Assembly (NCBI GenBank): GCA_910576995.1
Contig: CAJTLC010000009.1
Coordinates: 33,712 to 97,711, forward strand
Direction of reading: 5' to 3'
DNA from: an uncultured Ruminococcus sp.
Lineage (GTDB): Bacteria; Bacillota; Clostridia; Oscillospirales; Ruminococcaceae
Length of the DNA stretch: 64,000 nucleotides
This document shows positions 9,896-19,164 of the stretch, in pieces; position 1 is the first letter of the stretch; each line of letters opens with the position of its first letter. The notes under the pieces are model-generated. The model saw nothing but the letters and a program-made list of their open reading frames with translations. It did no database searches and had not been told where the DNA came from. The translations under genes and the position numbers were made by a program.

Positions 9896-11881
9896 TTATC
9901 CTTTCTTTTCCGAGACCTCTTCGTCCCGTTTATCTATAGCTTGTATCAGGAGCTTCACAGCGTCCTGTATACTGCAATTCTCAAGCTGCGCCGCAGCCAT
10001 AGTCTGATGACCGCCGCCGCCGAGTATTTCCATGATAACCTGAACGTTCGTCGCGCCCAGTGAACGTGCGGAAATATTTGCCGTCGTCCCCGTTTTATAT
10101 ATAACAAAAGACGCGTCAACATTCACGATACTAAGCAGTTCGTCGGCAGCCTGCGGAGCAACAATGCGTATATCGTCGGATTTGAAATCAGCCGTTGCAA
10201 TAGCACAGTTATCGTATATCTTTGCTGACGCAACTATCTGAGTTTTTCTCTTGTAAGATTCGAATGAATTTGCGAAAAGCATTTTTACCGCAACCGTATC
10301 CGCACCCAGTTTTTTCAGGAATGCCGCCGCTTCAAAAGTGCGGACGCCTGTCCTCATCACGAAATTTTTCGTATCGAGCATGATTCCCGCAAGCAGCGCC
10401 TCCGCGTAGCATACCGGAAGCTTGTCGCTGCTTTTGTCAAAACGGAAATACTGAATTATCTCCGTAACCATTTCAGACGCCGAAGAAGCGTAGGGTTCAT
10501 GGTGAAAGATCACAGCATTATCAATGAAATTAACCGTTTTTCTGTGATGATCTATAACCACCACCTGCTTAACGCGTTCGTAAAGCTCGCGGCTTTCTAT
10601 CAGATCCTTGTTATGGATATCCACAATGATCAGCAGATCGTTTTCTCCCGCCGATGAAACAGCCTCGAAAGGAGTCATAAACAGCTGATCGTCCGTCTGC
10701 TGCTCCACGGAATTTATCAGATGCAGCGCAAGATTTTTCGTCCTGTCAACCACAATATGTACTTCTTTTCCGAGAAGCCGCAAAGCGCCTGCAAGACCGC
10801 ATGAAGCGCCTGCGGAATCAAGATCGCCGAACCGATGTCCCATAATGAAAACCTTATCGGAATTCATTATGAGATCCTGCATGGCATTGGCAATAATACG
10901 CGTTTTTGTGCGCGACATTTTTTCAACGCCCTTAGATATGCCGCCAAAGAAACGATAACCGCTGTCTGTTTTGATAACAGCCTGATCGCCGCCCCTGCCA
11001 AGCGCCATATCAAGGCATTGACGCGCTATAAGTTCGCTTTCGGAAAGCGAACGTCCGCCAAGTCCGACGCCTATGGAAAAGGTCAGCGGATATTTTCCCG
11101 CTATCTTTATTTCGCGCGCAAGATCGAGAATTTTAAACTTATCGCGTATTTTCTCGTCAAGATGACGCTTTTCAAGAACAGCGTAAAAAGTATTGGGCGA
11201 GATCTTCTTGATAAAGCCGTTGGTACTGCTCATAAACTTTTCAATCAACTGCTCTATCTCCACGGAAGCCTGCGCCTTTTCGCTTTCCTTGGCATTCTGC
11301 ATGATCTCGTCGTAAGTGTCTATAGTCAGTATGACCATACACGGATGAGATTCTTCGCTTTTTTTCTTCAGTTCATAATAATTTGTTTCGTCGTGAAAAT
11401 AAATTATGAGAAATGAAATATCGTTTTCGTCGAATTTTTCTCCTGAAACCCGGTACACGGCGTCATTTATACTGCAAAGCAGATTTTCGGAAGAATAAAG
11501 CCCGTTTATATCGAGATTTACAAATTCCTTGAAATCCAGCCCGTAAACGTCGGCGCCGAGACTTATCCTTTCGCAGAACTTACTGTTATACCACACAAAT
11601 CTGCCGTTTTCGTCAATAACGGCGATCGGGGCGGGCAGATTATTCATATATACCGCCGCCGAATTTTCCAGATGAGCGTTCATTTTTGATAAATGCCGCA
11701 TGGAATTTTTCGAACAGACAATGGAAAATACGATTAGAGCCGCCAAAAAGACCACGGTATATATAATACCTATAAGCCCGTATGTTCTGTTATAGCCGTA
11801 AAGGGACAGCGAAGCGAAAGCCTGACCAAAAATAATGGCGGCTATCAGTAAAAAAAACGCCAGCGGAAATTTCCTTCTCAC
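9896..11881 (-). CDS. gdpP: c-di-AMP phosphodiesterase GdpP (PAS-degenerate GGDEF-DHH/DHHA1)
   Basis: ALGRGGDQ, MGHRFGDLD, IDHH, GGGGH; conserved gdpP-rplI-dnaB order. Confidence 0.92.
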   Translation of the reverse strand: MRRKFPLAFFLLIAAIIFGQAFASLSLYGYNRTYGLIGIIYTVVFLAALIVFSIVCSKNSMRHLSKMNAHLENSAAVYMNNLPAPIAVIDENGRFVWYNSKFCERISLGADVYGLDFKEFVNLDINGLYSSENLLCSINDAVYRVSGEKFDENDISFLIIYFHDETNYYELKKKSEESHPCMVILTIDTYDEIMQNAKESEKAQASVEIEQLIEKFMSSTNGFIKKISPNTFYAVLEKRHLDEKIRDKFKILDLAREIKIAGKYPLTFSIGVGLGGRSLSESELIARQCLDMALGRGGDQAVIKTDSGYRFFGGISKGVEKMSRTKTRIIANAMQDLIMNSDKVFIMGHRFGDLDSAGASCGLAGALRLLGKEVHIVVDRTKNLALHLINSVEQQTDDQLFMTPFEAVSSAGENDLLIIVDIHNKDLIESRELYERVKQVVVIDHHRKTVNFIDNAVIFHHEPYASSASEMVTEIIQYFRFDKSSDKLPVCYAEALLAGIMLDTKNFVMRTGVRTFEAAAFLKKLGADTVAVKMLFANSFESYKRKTQIVASAKIYDNCAIATADFKSDDIRIVAPQAADELLSIVNVDASFVIYKTGTTANISARSLGATNVQVIMEILGGGGHQTMAAAQLENCSIQDAVKLLIQAIDKRDEEVSEKKG

Positions 11882-11901
11882 TTTTCCGACTCCTTTTTAT
11901 G

Positions 11902-13725
11902 TCAAATTTCCATGATTATAGGAAGGATCATGGGACTGCGTTTTGTCTTTTGATAAATATATTCTGAAAGAGCGTCGCGGAGCTTGCCTTTAAGAGTAGT
12001 CCACTCTCTCATTTCAGCATAAGAGCAATCGGCAAGAGTTTTTCTCAAAACATTTCTGGCTTCAACGAACAGTTCCTCGGATTCCCTCACATAAACAAAG
12101 CCGCGTGAGATTATATCCGGACCTGCCGCAACTACGTTGACTGATTTTTCAATGCCGATCACAATTATTATCAATCCGTCCTGAGCAAGATGCTTTCTGT
12201 CGCGCAGCACTATCGAGCCTACGTCCCCGACTCCGAGACCGTCAACAAGAATTCTTCCCGACGGTACTTGCGAAACGACCTTCATGGTAACTCCGTCGGT
12301 TTCGATAACGTTGCCGATTTCGGCTATTATCACATTTTCTTTCGGCATTCCCATCTGGAGCGCAAGATCGCCGTGTTTTTTAAGATGCTTATATTCGCCG
12401 TGAACGGGAATAAAGAATTTCGGACGCGTAAGAGCCTGCATAAGCTTTAATTCTTCCTGACAGGCGTGTCCGGAAACATGGACTTCGTACATGGCTTCGT
12501 AAACCACTTCCGCACCCGATTTCATCAATTCGTTGACAACTCGCGTAACGTATTTTTCATTTCCAGGAATAGGAGTCGCGGAGATTATAATGAAGTCCAT
12601 AGGCGTAATAACGACTTTTCTGTGATCGTTCATCGCCATTCGCGTAAGCGCGGACATAGGCTCGCCCTGACTTCCTGTCGTTATGAGAACTATTTTTTCA
12701 TTCTCATAGCGATTCATCATATCTATATCGATTATTATTCCCGGCGGAACTTCGAGATAACCAAGTTCGATAGCAGTATTTATAACATTGATCATGCTTC
12801 TGCCGAATACCGCAACTTTTCTTCCGTAACGCACGGCGCAGTTTATTATCTGCTGAACACGGTGAATATTAGAAGAAAACGTTGCAATGATTATTCTCTT
12901 GCCCTCGCCTTTTTTGAAAAGCCGGTCGAAAGATTCGCCTACAGTGCGCTCGGAATGGGTATATCCCGGTCTTTCGGCATTTGTTGAATCAGCCATAAGT
13001 GCAAGTACGCCCTTGCTGCCCAGTTCTCCGAATCGCGCAAGATCAATTATTTTTCCGTCTATCGGAGAATAATCCACCTTAAAATCTCCCGTATGAACTA
13101 TAATTCCGGCAGGCGTATGAATAGCCATGCCCACAGCGTCGGGGATGGAGTGGTTCACCTTGACGAATTCTACTGCCATGCAGCCCATTTTTACGGTTTT
13201 TTTCGGTTCGACAACGTTTAGTTTAACCTGATGAAGAATACCCTGTTCTTTGAGTTTTCCCTCGATAAGACCGATCGTAAGCCTTGTCGCGTAAACAGGT
13301 ACGTTGACTTTTTTCAGAAGATACGCAAGACCGCCGATATGATCCTCATGACCGTGGGTAATGACGATACCGCGTATTTTGTCGGCATTTCGCTCAACAT
13401 AGGTAAAATCCGGTATAACTATATCGACTCCCGGCATATCGGCGTCGGGAAAAGCAAGACCGCAGTCGAGTATGAACATATCGTTTGAACATTCGAAAAC
13501 GGTCATATTTTTGCCGATCTCGTTAAGTCCGCCCAGAGGAATTATTCTCACTGGCGTTTTTCTCACTTCGCGTGACGTCTTAGTACGCTTCGGCTTGGAA
13601 ACTTCAGCAGCCGTCTCCTTTCGGCTGCCTGTCACGATCTTCTGCTTAGGATTACTTCTTCCTGCGTTCTGGATTCTTGGCGCAGGAGTTCTGCGCGGCT
13701 TGTTTGTCTGATTTGTCTCGTTCAC
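11902..13725 (-). CDS. rnj: Ribonuclease J
   Basis: PLGGLNEIGKN, THGHEDHIG, HVSGHA, PVHGEY. Confidence 0.95.
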   Translation of the reverse strand: MNETNQTNKPRRTPAPRIQNAGRSNPKQKIVTGSRKETAAEVSKPKRTKTSREVRKTPVRIIPLGGLNEIGKNMTVFECSNDMFILDCGLAFPDADMPGVDIVIPDFTYVERNADKIRGIVITHGHEDHIGGLAYLLKKVNVPVYATRLTIGLIEGKLKEQGILHQVKLNVVEPKKTVKMGCMAVEFVKVNHSIPDAVGMAIHTPAGIIVHTGDFKVDYSPIDGKIIDLARFGELGSKGVLALMADSTNAERPGYTHSERTVGESFDRLFKKGEGKRIIIATFSSNIHRVQQIINCAVRYGRKVAVFGRSMINVINTAIELGYLEVPPGIIIDIDMMNRYENEKIVLITTGSQGEPMSALTRMAMNDHRKVVITPMDFIIISATPIPGNEKYVTRVVNELMKSGAEVVYEAMYEVHVSGHACQEELKLMQALTRPKFFIPVHGEYKHLKKHGDLALQMGMPKENVIIAEIGNVIETDGVTMKVVSQVPSGRILVDGLGVGDVGSIVLRDRKHLAQDGLIIIVIGIEKSVNVVAAGPDIISRGFVYVRESEELFVEARNVLRKTLADCSYAEMREWTTLKGKLRDALSEYIYQKTKRSPMILPIIMEI

Positions 13726-14224
13726 TATGTGCCTCTCTTTCCGAGATCCGGAATTCCATTTCGGTCTAAGAGCCTGATTAGAATCTCCTCACGCACGTCA
13801 GCTTTGCATATAGCATTGTCAGCCAAATCAAAAATTTGGAACACTGCTTATTTTCGGCAAATCCTGCTGATCGCTGCGCCGAGATACTAAGTATACTCTA
13901 ACTTTCAGAAATGTCTGTAAAAAATTAAGATTTTTCCCGTAACTTTAAAAGTTTATCTGATAAAAGCGCTTCAATTGACTGTGTTCCAAAAATATTTTAA
14001 CTTTTAAAACGCAGTTCTTGAGGATAATGCGATCCGATACTAACTTCCCGATCTCATGTTTGTTGAAACGACCGTATATTACCGAATACAGTTCGTTTTA
14101 ATATATATGATAATATATTTACTTATGTAAATCAGCCTGAAGTCCGACGAATCTAATGAAGAATTTCCGGGTTTTAAACAACAACTTCAGGCTGTATATA
14201 CTCGCAAAAAAAAGATACAATTTA

Positions 14225-14253
14225 ATTATACTCAAAAAAATTTAGTATGTCAA
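14225..14253 (-). promoter_or_regulatory. SigA promoter of rnj, implying a leader of about 490 nt
   Basis: Minus-strand TTGACA-17 bp-TATAAT, a perfect consensus. Confidence 0.75.
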
Positions 14254-14302
14254 TAGTAAATAAAAGAAGTTTCCATTATTGTGAAAAATTAACAAAATAT
14301 CT

Positions 14303-15412
14303 TTATATCTTGCCCAAGCCGCAGTTCCCTATTTTTCGAATTCTCTCCGTCCAGAACGCGCAGAGTTCGGCGGCAGTTTCGGCTGAAAGACTTTGTGCGA
14401 CAAGAGTTACCCGGCTTTTTCCGCTGCGGCTGATGACTACTCTGCCCTTTTCATCGGAAACGGTTCTGGATTCGGTAAGCCGCTTTATATCAGCGACCGT
14501 AATCTCACGCTTCGCGCTTGCTATCGACGGAATATTTCTCACTGCGGACAGCAGATTACCCCTACTCTTCGCAAGATGAGTACACATATACAAAGGATCC
14601 CGAAGAAACCGGCTCTCACCGCCCTCGTCGGCAATGAGGTCAGTCCTGCTAAATCTTCTGATATATTTTTCAGCTTTATCATCAATACTATCCGCAGCAT
14701 AATGGAAATTTTCGGGAAGCCATACTTTTTTCCCTTCTTTGATAAGAGTCAGACAATACGCCAGAGTCAGCTTTTCAAATGAGATAAAGCCGAGTTCCGT
14801 GGAATACGCATTCACGCGCTGTCCGTCGTCGGAGATCTGAAATACCAATTCATCGTCCTCTCCGCTGAAAAATTCCAGCCACAACGATCTGACAGCCGCG
14901 CTTCCGCAGCTTATCCCGACAGGCGTTAAAGAGCGCTCTTTTCCCAGTGAATCGGCAATATTGTTTATATATATGCTCCTGAACGACGTTACAGAATTTA
15001 TCCTGCCCGTATGCTCTGAAGCCTGCGCAGGTGAAGATCTCATTATTTCTTCGAGAATTTTATCAGACAGTACAAATCCCGATCTGTCGAAAAATGTAAA
15101 TTTCAATCCGCCGCTTTCGCTGATAAATATTCCACATTCCGCCGAAAGGAGAGTCAATCCAAACCGAAACGACGGCATATCAGTATTTTCGCAGACATAT
15201 ACGTCTCTGCCGCATTCGGAGATGCCGCTGCAAAGAGCGTACATAACGGGCAATCTCTCAAAACCCGTGCAGCCCACGCTGAATCGGCTAAAAAAGCGCG
15301 AAAGAGTTCTGCCGAGTTCTGCCGCCTCCGCAGAAGAAACGGATACATTCGGCAGAACTTCGCAGCTGCCGTCCCGAAAGCTGAAATGTTCGTTTTCCCC
15401 AATATAACTCAT
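14303..15412 (-). CDS. Degenerate phosphomannomutase/phosphoglucomutase-like protein
   Basis: Resembles alpha-D-phosphohexomutase domains (ECGIFI...LKFTFFDRSG; ISDDGQR) but has no catalytic SHN motif; GAGGTG RBS. Confidence 0.5.
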   Translation of the reverse strand: MSYIGENEHFSFRDGSCEVLPNVSVSSAEAAELGRTLSRFFSRFSVGCTGFERLPVMYALCSGISECGRDVYVCENTDMPSFRFGLTLLSAECGIFISESGGLKFTFFDRSGFVLSDKILEEIMRSSPAQASEHTGRINSVTSFRSIYINNIADSLGKERSLTPVGISCGSAAVRSLWLEFFSGEDDELVFQISDDGQRVNAYSTELGFISFEKLTLAYCLTLIKEGKKVWLPENFHYAADSIDDKAEKYIRRFSRTDLIADEGGESRFLRDPLYMCTHLAKSRGNLLSAVRNIPSIASAKREITVADIKRLTESRTVSDEKGRVVISRSGKSRVTLVAQSLSAETAAELCAFWTERIRKIGNCGLGKI

Positions 15413-15441
15413 AATACACACCTCGAAAATATATTTGCTTA

Positions 15442-15783
15442 GAGCCTGTTCAGTATCTTTTTATACTTGACTCTATTGCAAACTATCCATTCATGCTGAC
15501 ATAAATTTCGTCTGTCTGCGTTGTCGTCGTCACTGTGCGTCAGCACGCTTTCCTCCTTCGCCTTGACATACGAAATTTCTGTTCAGCATTCTTTGAACAT
15601 TTTGCAATAGAGTCAAGTATATGTACAGATTTTCAAGCATAATTTTGTCGATTACAAGGAAAAAATACGCAGTCATACTGACGCGCCACGGGCGTTTTCT
15701 TCGGTCATATAGCAAGAATTTTTGATGCAGTAAGCGGCGAAATTTGCTGAAAAGACGTGCGGAAAAATATACTGAACAGGCTC
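15442..15783. mobile_element. Family A element A2 containing nested family B element
   Basis: TIR GAGCCTGTTCAGTAT / ATACTGAACAGGCTC; TTA on both flanks. Confidence 0.88.
15464..15619. mobile_element. MITE family B copy B1 (nested in A2)
   Basis: TIR TACTTGACTCTATTGCAAA / TTTGCAATAGAGTCAAGTA; TA on both flanks; 4 differences from the copy at 58023-58178. Confidence 0.92.
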
Positions 15784-15788
15784 TTATA

Positions 15789-17066
15789 TTATTGTTTACT
15801 TTCGGGTGAATTATACAGTTGCGGACGCGTATCTTTCTTTTTTATAAATTTCATTAAAAGCAAAATTCCCAAAAGATTCGGGATAGCCATAAGACCATTG
15901 AAAATATCTGACAAAGTCCATACGCAGCCTGCGGAGATCACTGCTCCTGAAGCTGCCGCGGCTGCGTATAAAACGGTGAAAAAAGGCGATCTTTTACTTC
16001 CGAATGCATACTTAAACGCAGTTTCGCCGCAAAAATACCAGCCGATAACGGTACATAAGGCAAAAATTCCCATTTCCGCCGCCGTAAATGGAACGGCAAG
16101 GCATCCTATGGCATTTTCCATAGCTTCTGCGGGTGAAAAATGCTCCGAACCGCACAGCAATGTCACGGCTGTCAGAGTACAGCATACTATCGTATCGAAA
16201 AACACTTCGAACATTGCCCACATTCCCTGTTGATGCGGAGAAGTCTCCCCTGCCGCGCTATGAAGTATCGGCGAACTTCCCAAACCGGCTTCGTTGGAAA
16301 ATACTCCGCGGCGTATCCCTACCGACAGACCGTATCCGAATATTCCTCCTGCGGCTGAATCGGCGCTGAACGCTTCGGAAAAGATCGTACGGAATACCAT
16401 TGCCGCCTGATCGCGGCAAATAACTATCACAGCAATGCATACGACGGCATAGGCTGCGGACGCAAGCGGAAGAAGATACTGCGCCGCCGTTCCGATCCTT
16501 TCCGCGCCGCCTTTAATTATAATATATACCACAACAAATATGATTGCCGCCATTATAAGAGGTTCAAAATTGCAGCACTCCCGAAAACTTTCGGCAAAAG
16601 TACTTATCTGCGCCATACTGCCCATTCCCAGCGAAGCAAGAATACAGAATACTGCAAACGACATCGCCAGCCATTTACAGCCCAATCCCTTTTCGAGATA
16701 AGCCATAGGGCCTTTTCGCCTGCCGTCGCTGAATTTTGCCGAAAGAAAATTTTCCGCATAAACGACAGCCATTCCCAAAAATGCCGATACCCACATCCAG
16801 AATATCGATCCTGCTCCTCCTATTGCAAGAGCGGAAGCCGCCCCTGCGATATTTCCCGTTCCCATGGTCGTTCCGAGGCTCATGCATACTGTTTTCAGCT
16901 GAGAAAGCCCGCTGTTTTTTGTTTTGCCGCCTTTCATCATGAATACAGGCAGTTTTAGCTGAATAAATCCCAGTTTTACGGTAAATACGATACCTGCTCC
17001 GATAAGCAGGAATATAAGTCCGCTTCCCCATACAAAATTGTTTATGCCCGTCAGAATATCCGCCAT
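15789..17066 (-). CDS. Alanine/glycine:cation symporter (AGCS/AlsT family)
   Basis: GTGNIAG, GGAGSIFWMW, RRGVFSNEAGLGS, NGLMAIPNL motifs. Confidence 0.9.
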   Translation of the reverse strand: MADILTGINNFVWGSGLIFLLIGAGIVFTVKLGFIQLKLPVFMMKGGKTKNSGLSQLKTVCMSLGTTMGTGNIAGAASALAIGGAGSIFWMWVSAFLGMAVVYAENFLSAKFSDGRRKGPMAYLEKGLGCKWLAMSFAVFCILASLGMGSMAQISTFAESFRECCNFEPLIMAAIIFVVVYIIIKGGAERIGTAAQYLLPLASAAYAVVCIAVIVICRDQAAMVFRTIFSEAFSADSAAGGIFGYGLSVGIRRGVFSNEAGLGSSPILHSAAGETSPHQQGMWAMFEVFFDTIVCCTLTAVTLLCGSEHFSPAEAMENAIGCLAVPFTAAEMGIFALCTVIGWYFCGETAFKYAFGSKRSPFFTVLYAAAAASGAVISAGCVWTLSDIFNGLMAIPNLLGILLLMKFIKKKDTRPQLYNSPESKQ

Positions 17067-17157
17067 AAAATTTTCCTCCATAAATTTACAAAAAAAGGTA
17101 TACATTAAAAGCTATTTGAGTTATAATATGTTTAGAACCTTTTTCAAGGAGGAACAT

Positions 17158-17595
17158 ATGAAAAAATTCAAGCCCGATAAAAATGCTCTTCTTACCATGA
17201 GAATAATTATTTTAGCGATCGCTTTAACGCTCATACTTTTGGTGCGGCTGTATATTCCGATTTCGGTAATTGTGGGAATTATCGCCGCCGTTCTCGGTAC
17301 AGCAAGCGTTTTTCTTATATTTGTATATCTGCCCTTATATTTTTCTTCCGTCTGCTACGATATAACCGATGAGATGATAACCCGTCACGGCGGCGCGTTT
17401 ATGAAATCACATAAGTCTGTACGAATTTCAAAGATTCAATACACCACGGTCATCACAACGCCGTTTTCGCGGTATACAAGCATGAATTTCGTAATTCTCT
17501 TTGTTTATGGCGGACAGCTGAGAATGCTGTTTCTCGATCTGGACGACGCCATGGAAATTCTGAAGATCACAGGCGAAATAAAGGGGGAAGAATAA
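17158..17595 (+). CDS. YdbS-like membrane PH-domain protein
   Basis: AAGGAGG RBS; 2 TM helices plus bPH_2-like KIQYTTV...PF; paired with the YdbT-like gene. Confidence 0.65.
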   Translation: MKKFKPDKNALLTMRIIILAIALTLILLVRLYIPISVIVGIIAAVLGTASVFLIFVYLPLYFSSVCYDITDEMITRHGGAFMKSHKSVRISKIQYTTVITTPFSRYTSMNFVILFVYGGQLRMLFLDLDDAMEILKITGEIKGEE

Positions 17596-19049
17596 TGTAT
17601 CACGAACACCCTCTGCGCATTCTGCGGTATTCCATGAGAAGCTTATGGCTGCTTATATTTCCTCTGCTTCGCGGCGTTTCAATAATGCATTTCGATCCTG
17701 CCGGAATTTACTCATGGATAAAGGGAGCATGGATGGATATAGCCATACTCGGTATAATTCTGCTGTTCGGCTTCATTCGCTGGTACTTCTCGCTGCTTTC
17801 AGCCACGGAAAGTACGATAACCCATACTCAGGGCTGCTTTATACGGGTAAAGACTGTTATTCCGCTGAAAAATATAAGTTCGGCGTCCTCCGCACAGCCG
17901 TTTTATCTCGTTCCGTTCAACGCTGTCTTTTTCAGCTGCGATACGCGCGCGGGCATCTTCCGCTCCACAGACCTGAAAATTATGGTCACGAAAAAAGTCT
18001 GCGCCGAACTTATGTCTCACATCCCGACCGTCGATCCCAAACGTCAGATAAAAGATATTCCCGGTCCGACGGCTTTGTCGATACTGCTGTTTTCGGTATT
18101 TTTCTCCAGCGGATTTTCAGGAGCGGTTTATATTGCGGCATTTTTCTTTAAGGGCGGCGATCTCGCTCAGGATCTGCTGTCCGTATCCATAAGCCGCATA
18201 GCCGAAACAACGGAAATGCTCACTGCCAAGCTGATCCGCGGAATTCCCCACGCGGCAATAGCTTTCGGCTCATTTTTCATTGCGGCCTGGCTGCTTTCCT
18301 TTATAATGAATCTGCTGCGGTATTCGCGATTCAGACTGACTGCCGACAGCGATCATATAAATATAGTATGCGGAATTACAAACAGGCGGCGATACAGAAT
18401 AAAAAATTCCCACATAAATTATACCGACCTCCGTCAGAATCTTTTTATGAAGTTATTGAACGCGGTCACTGTCAGTATAAGCTGCGCCGGCTATGGCAAC
18501 GATTCCAGTCATCTCCCCGTTCTGCTGCCGATACGCCGCCGCAAGGATCTTGGCGGCGGTCTTGAACGGTTAGGCGTAAGATCAGGCGGCGAAATGCAGT
18601 TCCGCCCCAAATGGACAGGAGTATTTTCGTATATCGGAAATCCCTTGCTGATCATGGCGCTTATCTTCGTTATGTCCCACTATTCGGACAAACTTTTTCC
18701 ACAGCTTTCGGATATCTCCTTCTTTCTGACAGTAATGTTTTCGATCCCGACAATATGGCTTATTATCGTAAAGATCGTCGCTCTTTCAGCTTCCGGCATC
18801 ACTGTCGAAAAAAACGGCGTAGTACTTTGCACTTCCGAATGGACGGCATTCCACACGGTCACTGCCGATAAGAAAAACATCGTGCTTATCGAAACTTATC
18901 AGACTTTTTTACAGCGCATATGGAAAACAAAAGCGAATCTTCGAATATGGTTCAGCGGCGAAAGCGCTTCATGCTATACCATACGTGCGCTCACTCTTGA
19001 GGACTGCGGAAAGATCGCAAAAATTCTGGAATATCAGGTACTATATTAG
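17595..19049 (+). CDS. YdbT-like multi-PH-domain membrane protein
   Basis: Begins HEHPL; alternating TM pairs and three PH-like segments; TAATG coupling. Confidence 0.65.
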   Translation: MYHEHPLRILRYSMRSLWLLIFPLLRGVSIMHFDPAGIYSWIKGAWMDIAILGIILLFGFIRWYFSLLSATESTITHTQGCFIRVKTVIPLKNISSASSAQPFYLVPFNAVFFSCDTRAGIFRSTDLKIMVTKKVCAELMSHIPTVDPKRQIKDIPGPTALSILLFSVFFSSGFSGAVYIAAFFFKGGDLAQDLLSVSISRIAETTEMLTAKLIRGIPHAAIAFGSFFIAAWLLSFIMNLLRYSRFRLTADSDHINIVCGITNRRRYRIKNSHINYTDLRQNLFMKLLNAVTVSISCAGYGNDSSHLPVLLPIRRRKDLGGGLERLGVRSGGEMQFRPKWTGVFSYIGNPLLIMALIFVMSHYSDKLFPQLSDISFFLTVMFSIPTIWLIIVKIVALSASGITVEKNGVVLCTSEWTAFHTVTADKKNIVLIETYQTFLQRIWKTKANLRIWFSGESASCYTIRALTLEDCGKIAKILEYQVLY

Positions 19050-19059
19050 TAATTCAAAA

Positions 19060-19094
19060 ATGACATTTGTCACTGTTAAAATGACTTGCGGCAT
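19060..19094 (+). promoter_or_regulatory. Putative NarL/LuxR-family response-regulator binding site
   Basis: Palindrome TGACATTTGTCA followed about 21 bp later by the weaker ATGACTTGCGGCAT, upstream of the membrane-protein/HK/RR cluster. Confidence 0.55.
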
Positions 19095-19164
19095 CTTACG
19101 CTTTTCCAAAATTTATGATATCATGTAATCATGACATACGTGTTCATAGAAAGGATCGAGGATC

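Noticed and set aside
15530..15715. Small ORFs inside elements (also 21586-21807, 33906-34121, 46846-47214) that share peptide similarity
   Set aside because: The similarity comes from the DNA repeat; frames, starts and stops are not conserved among copies.
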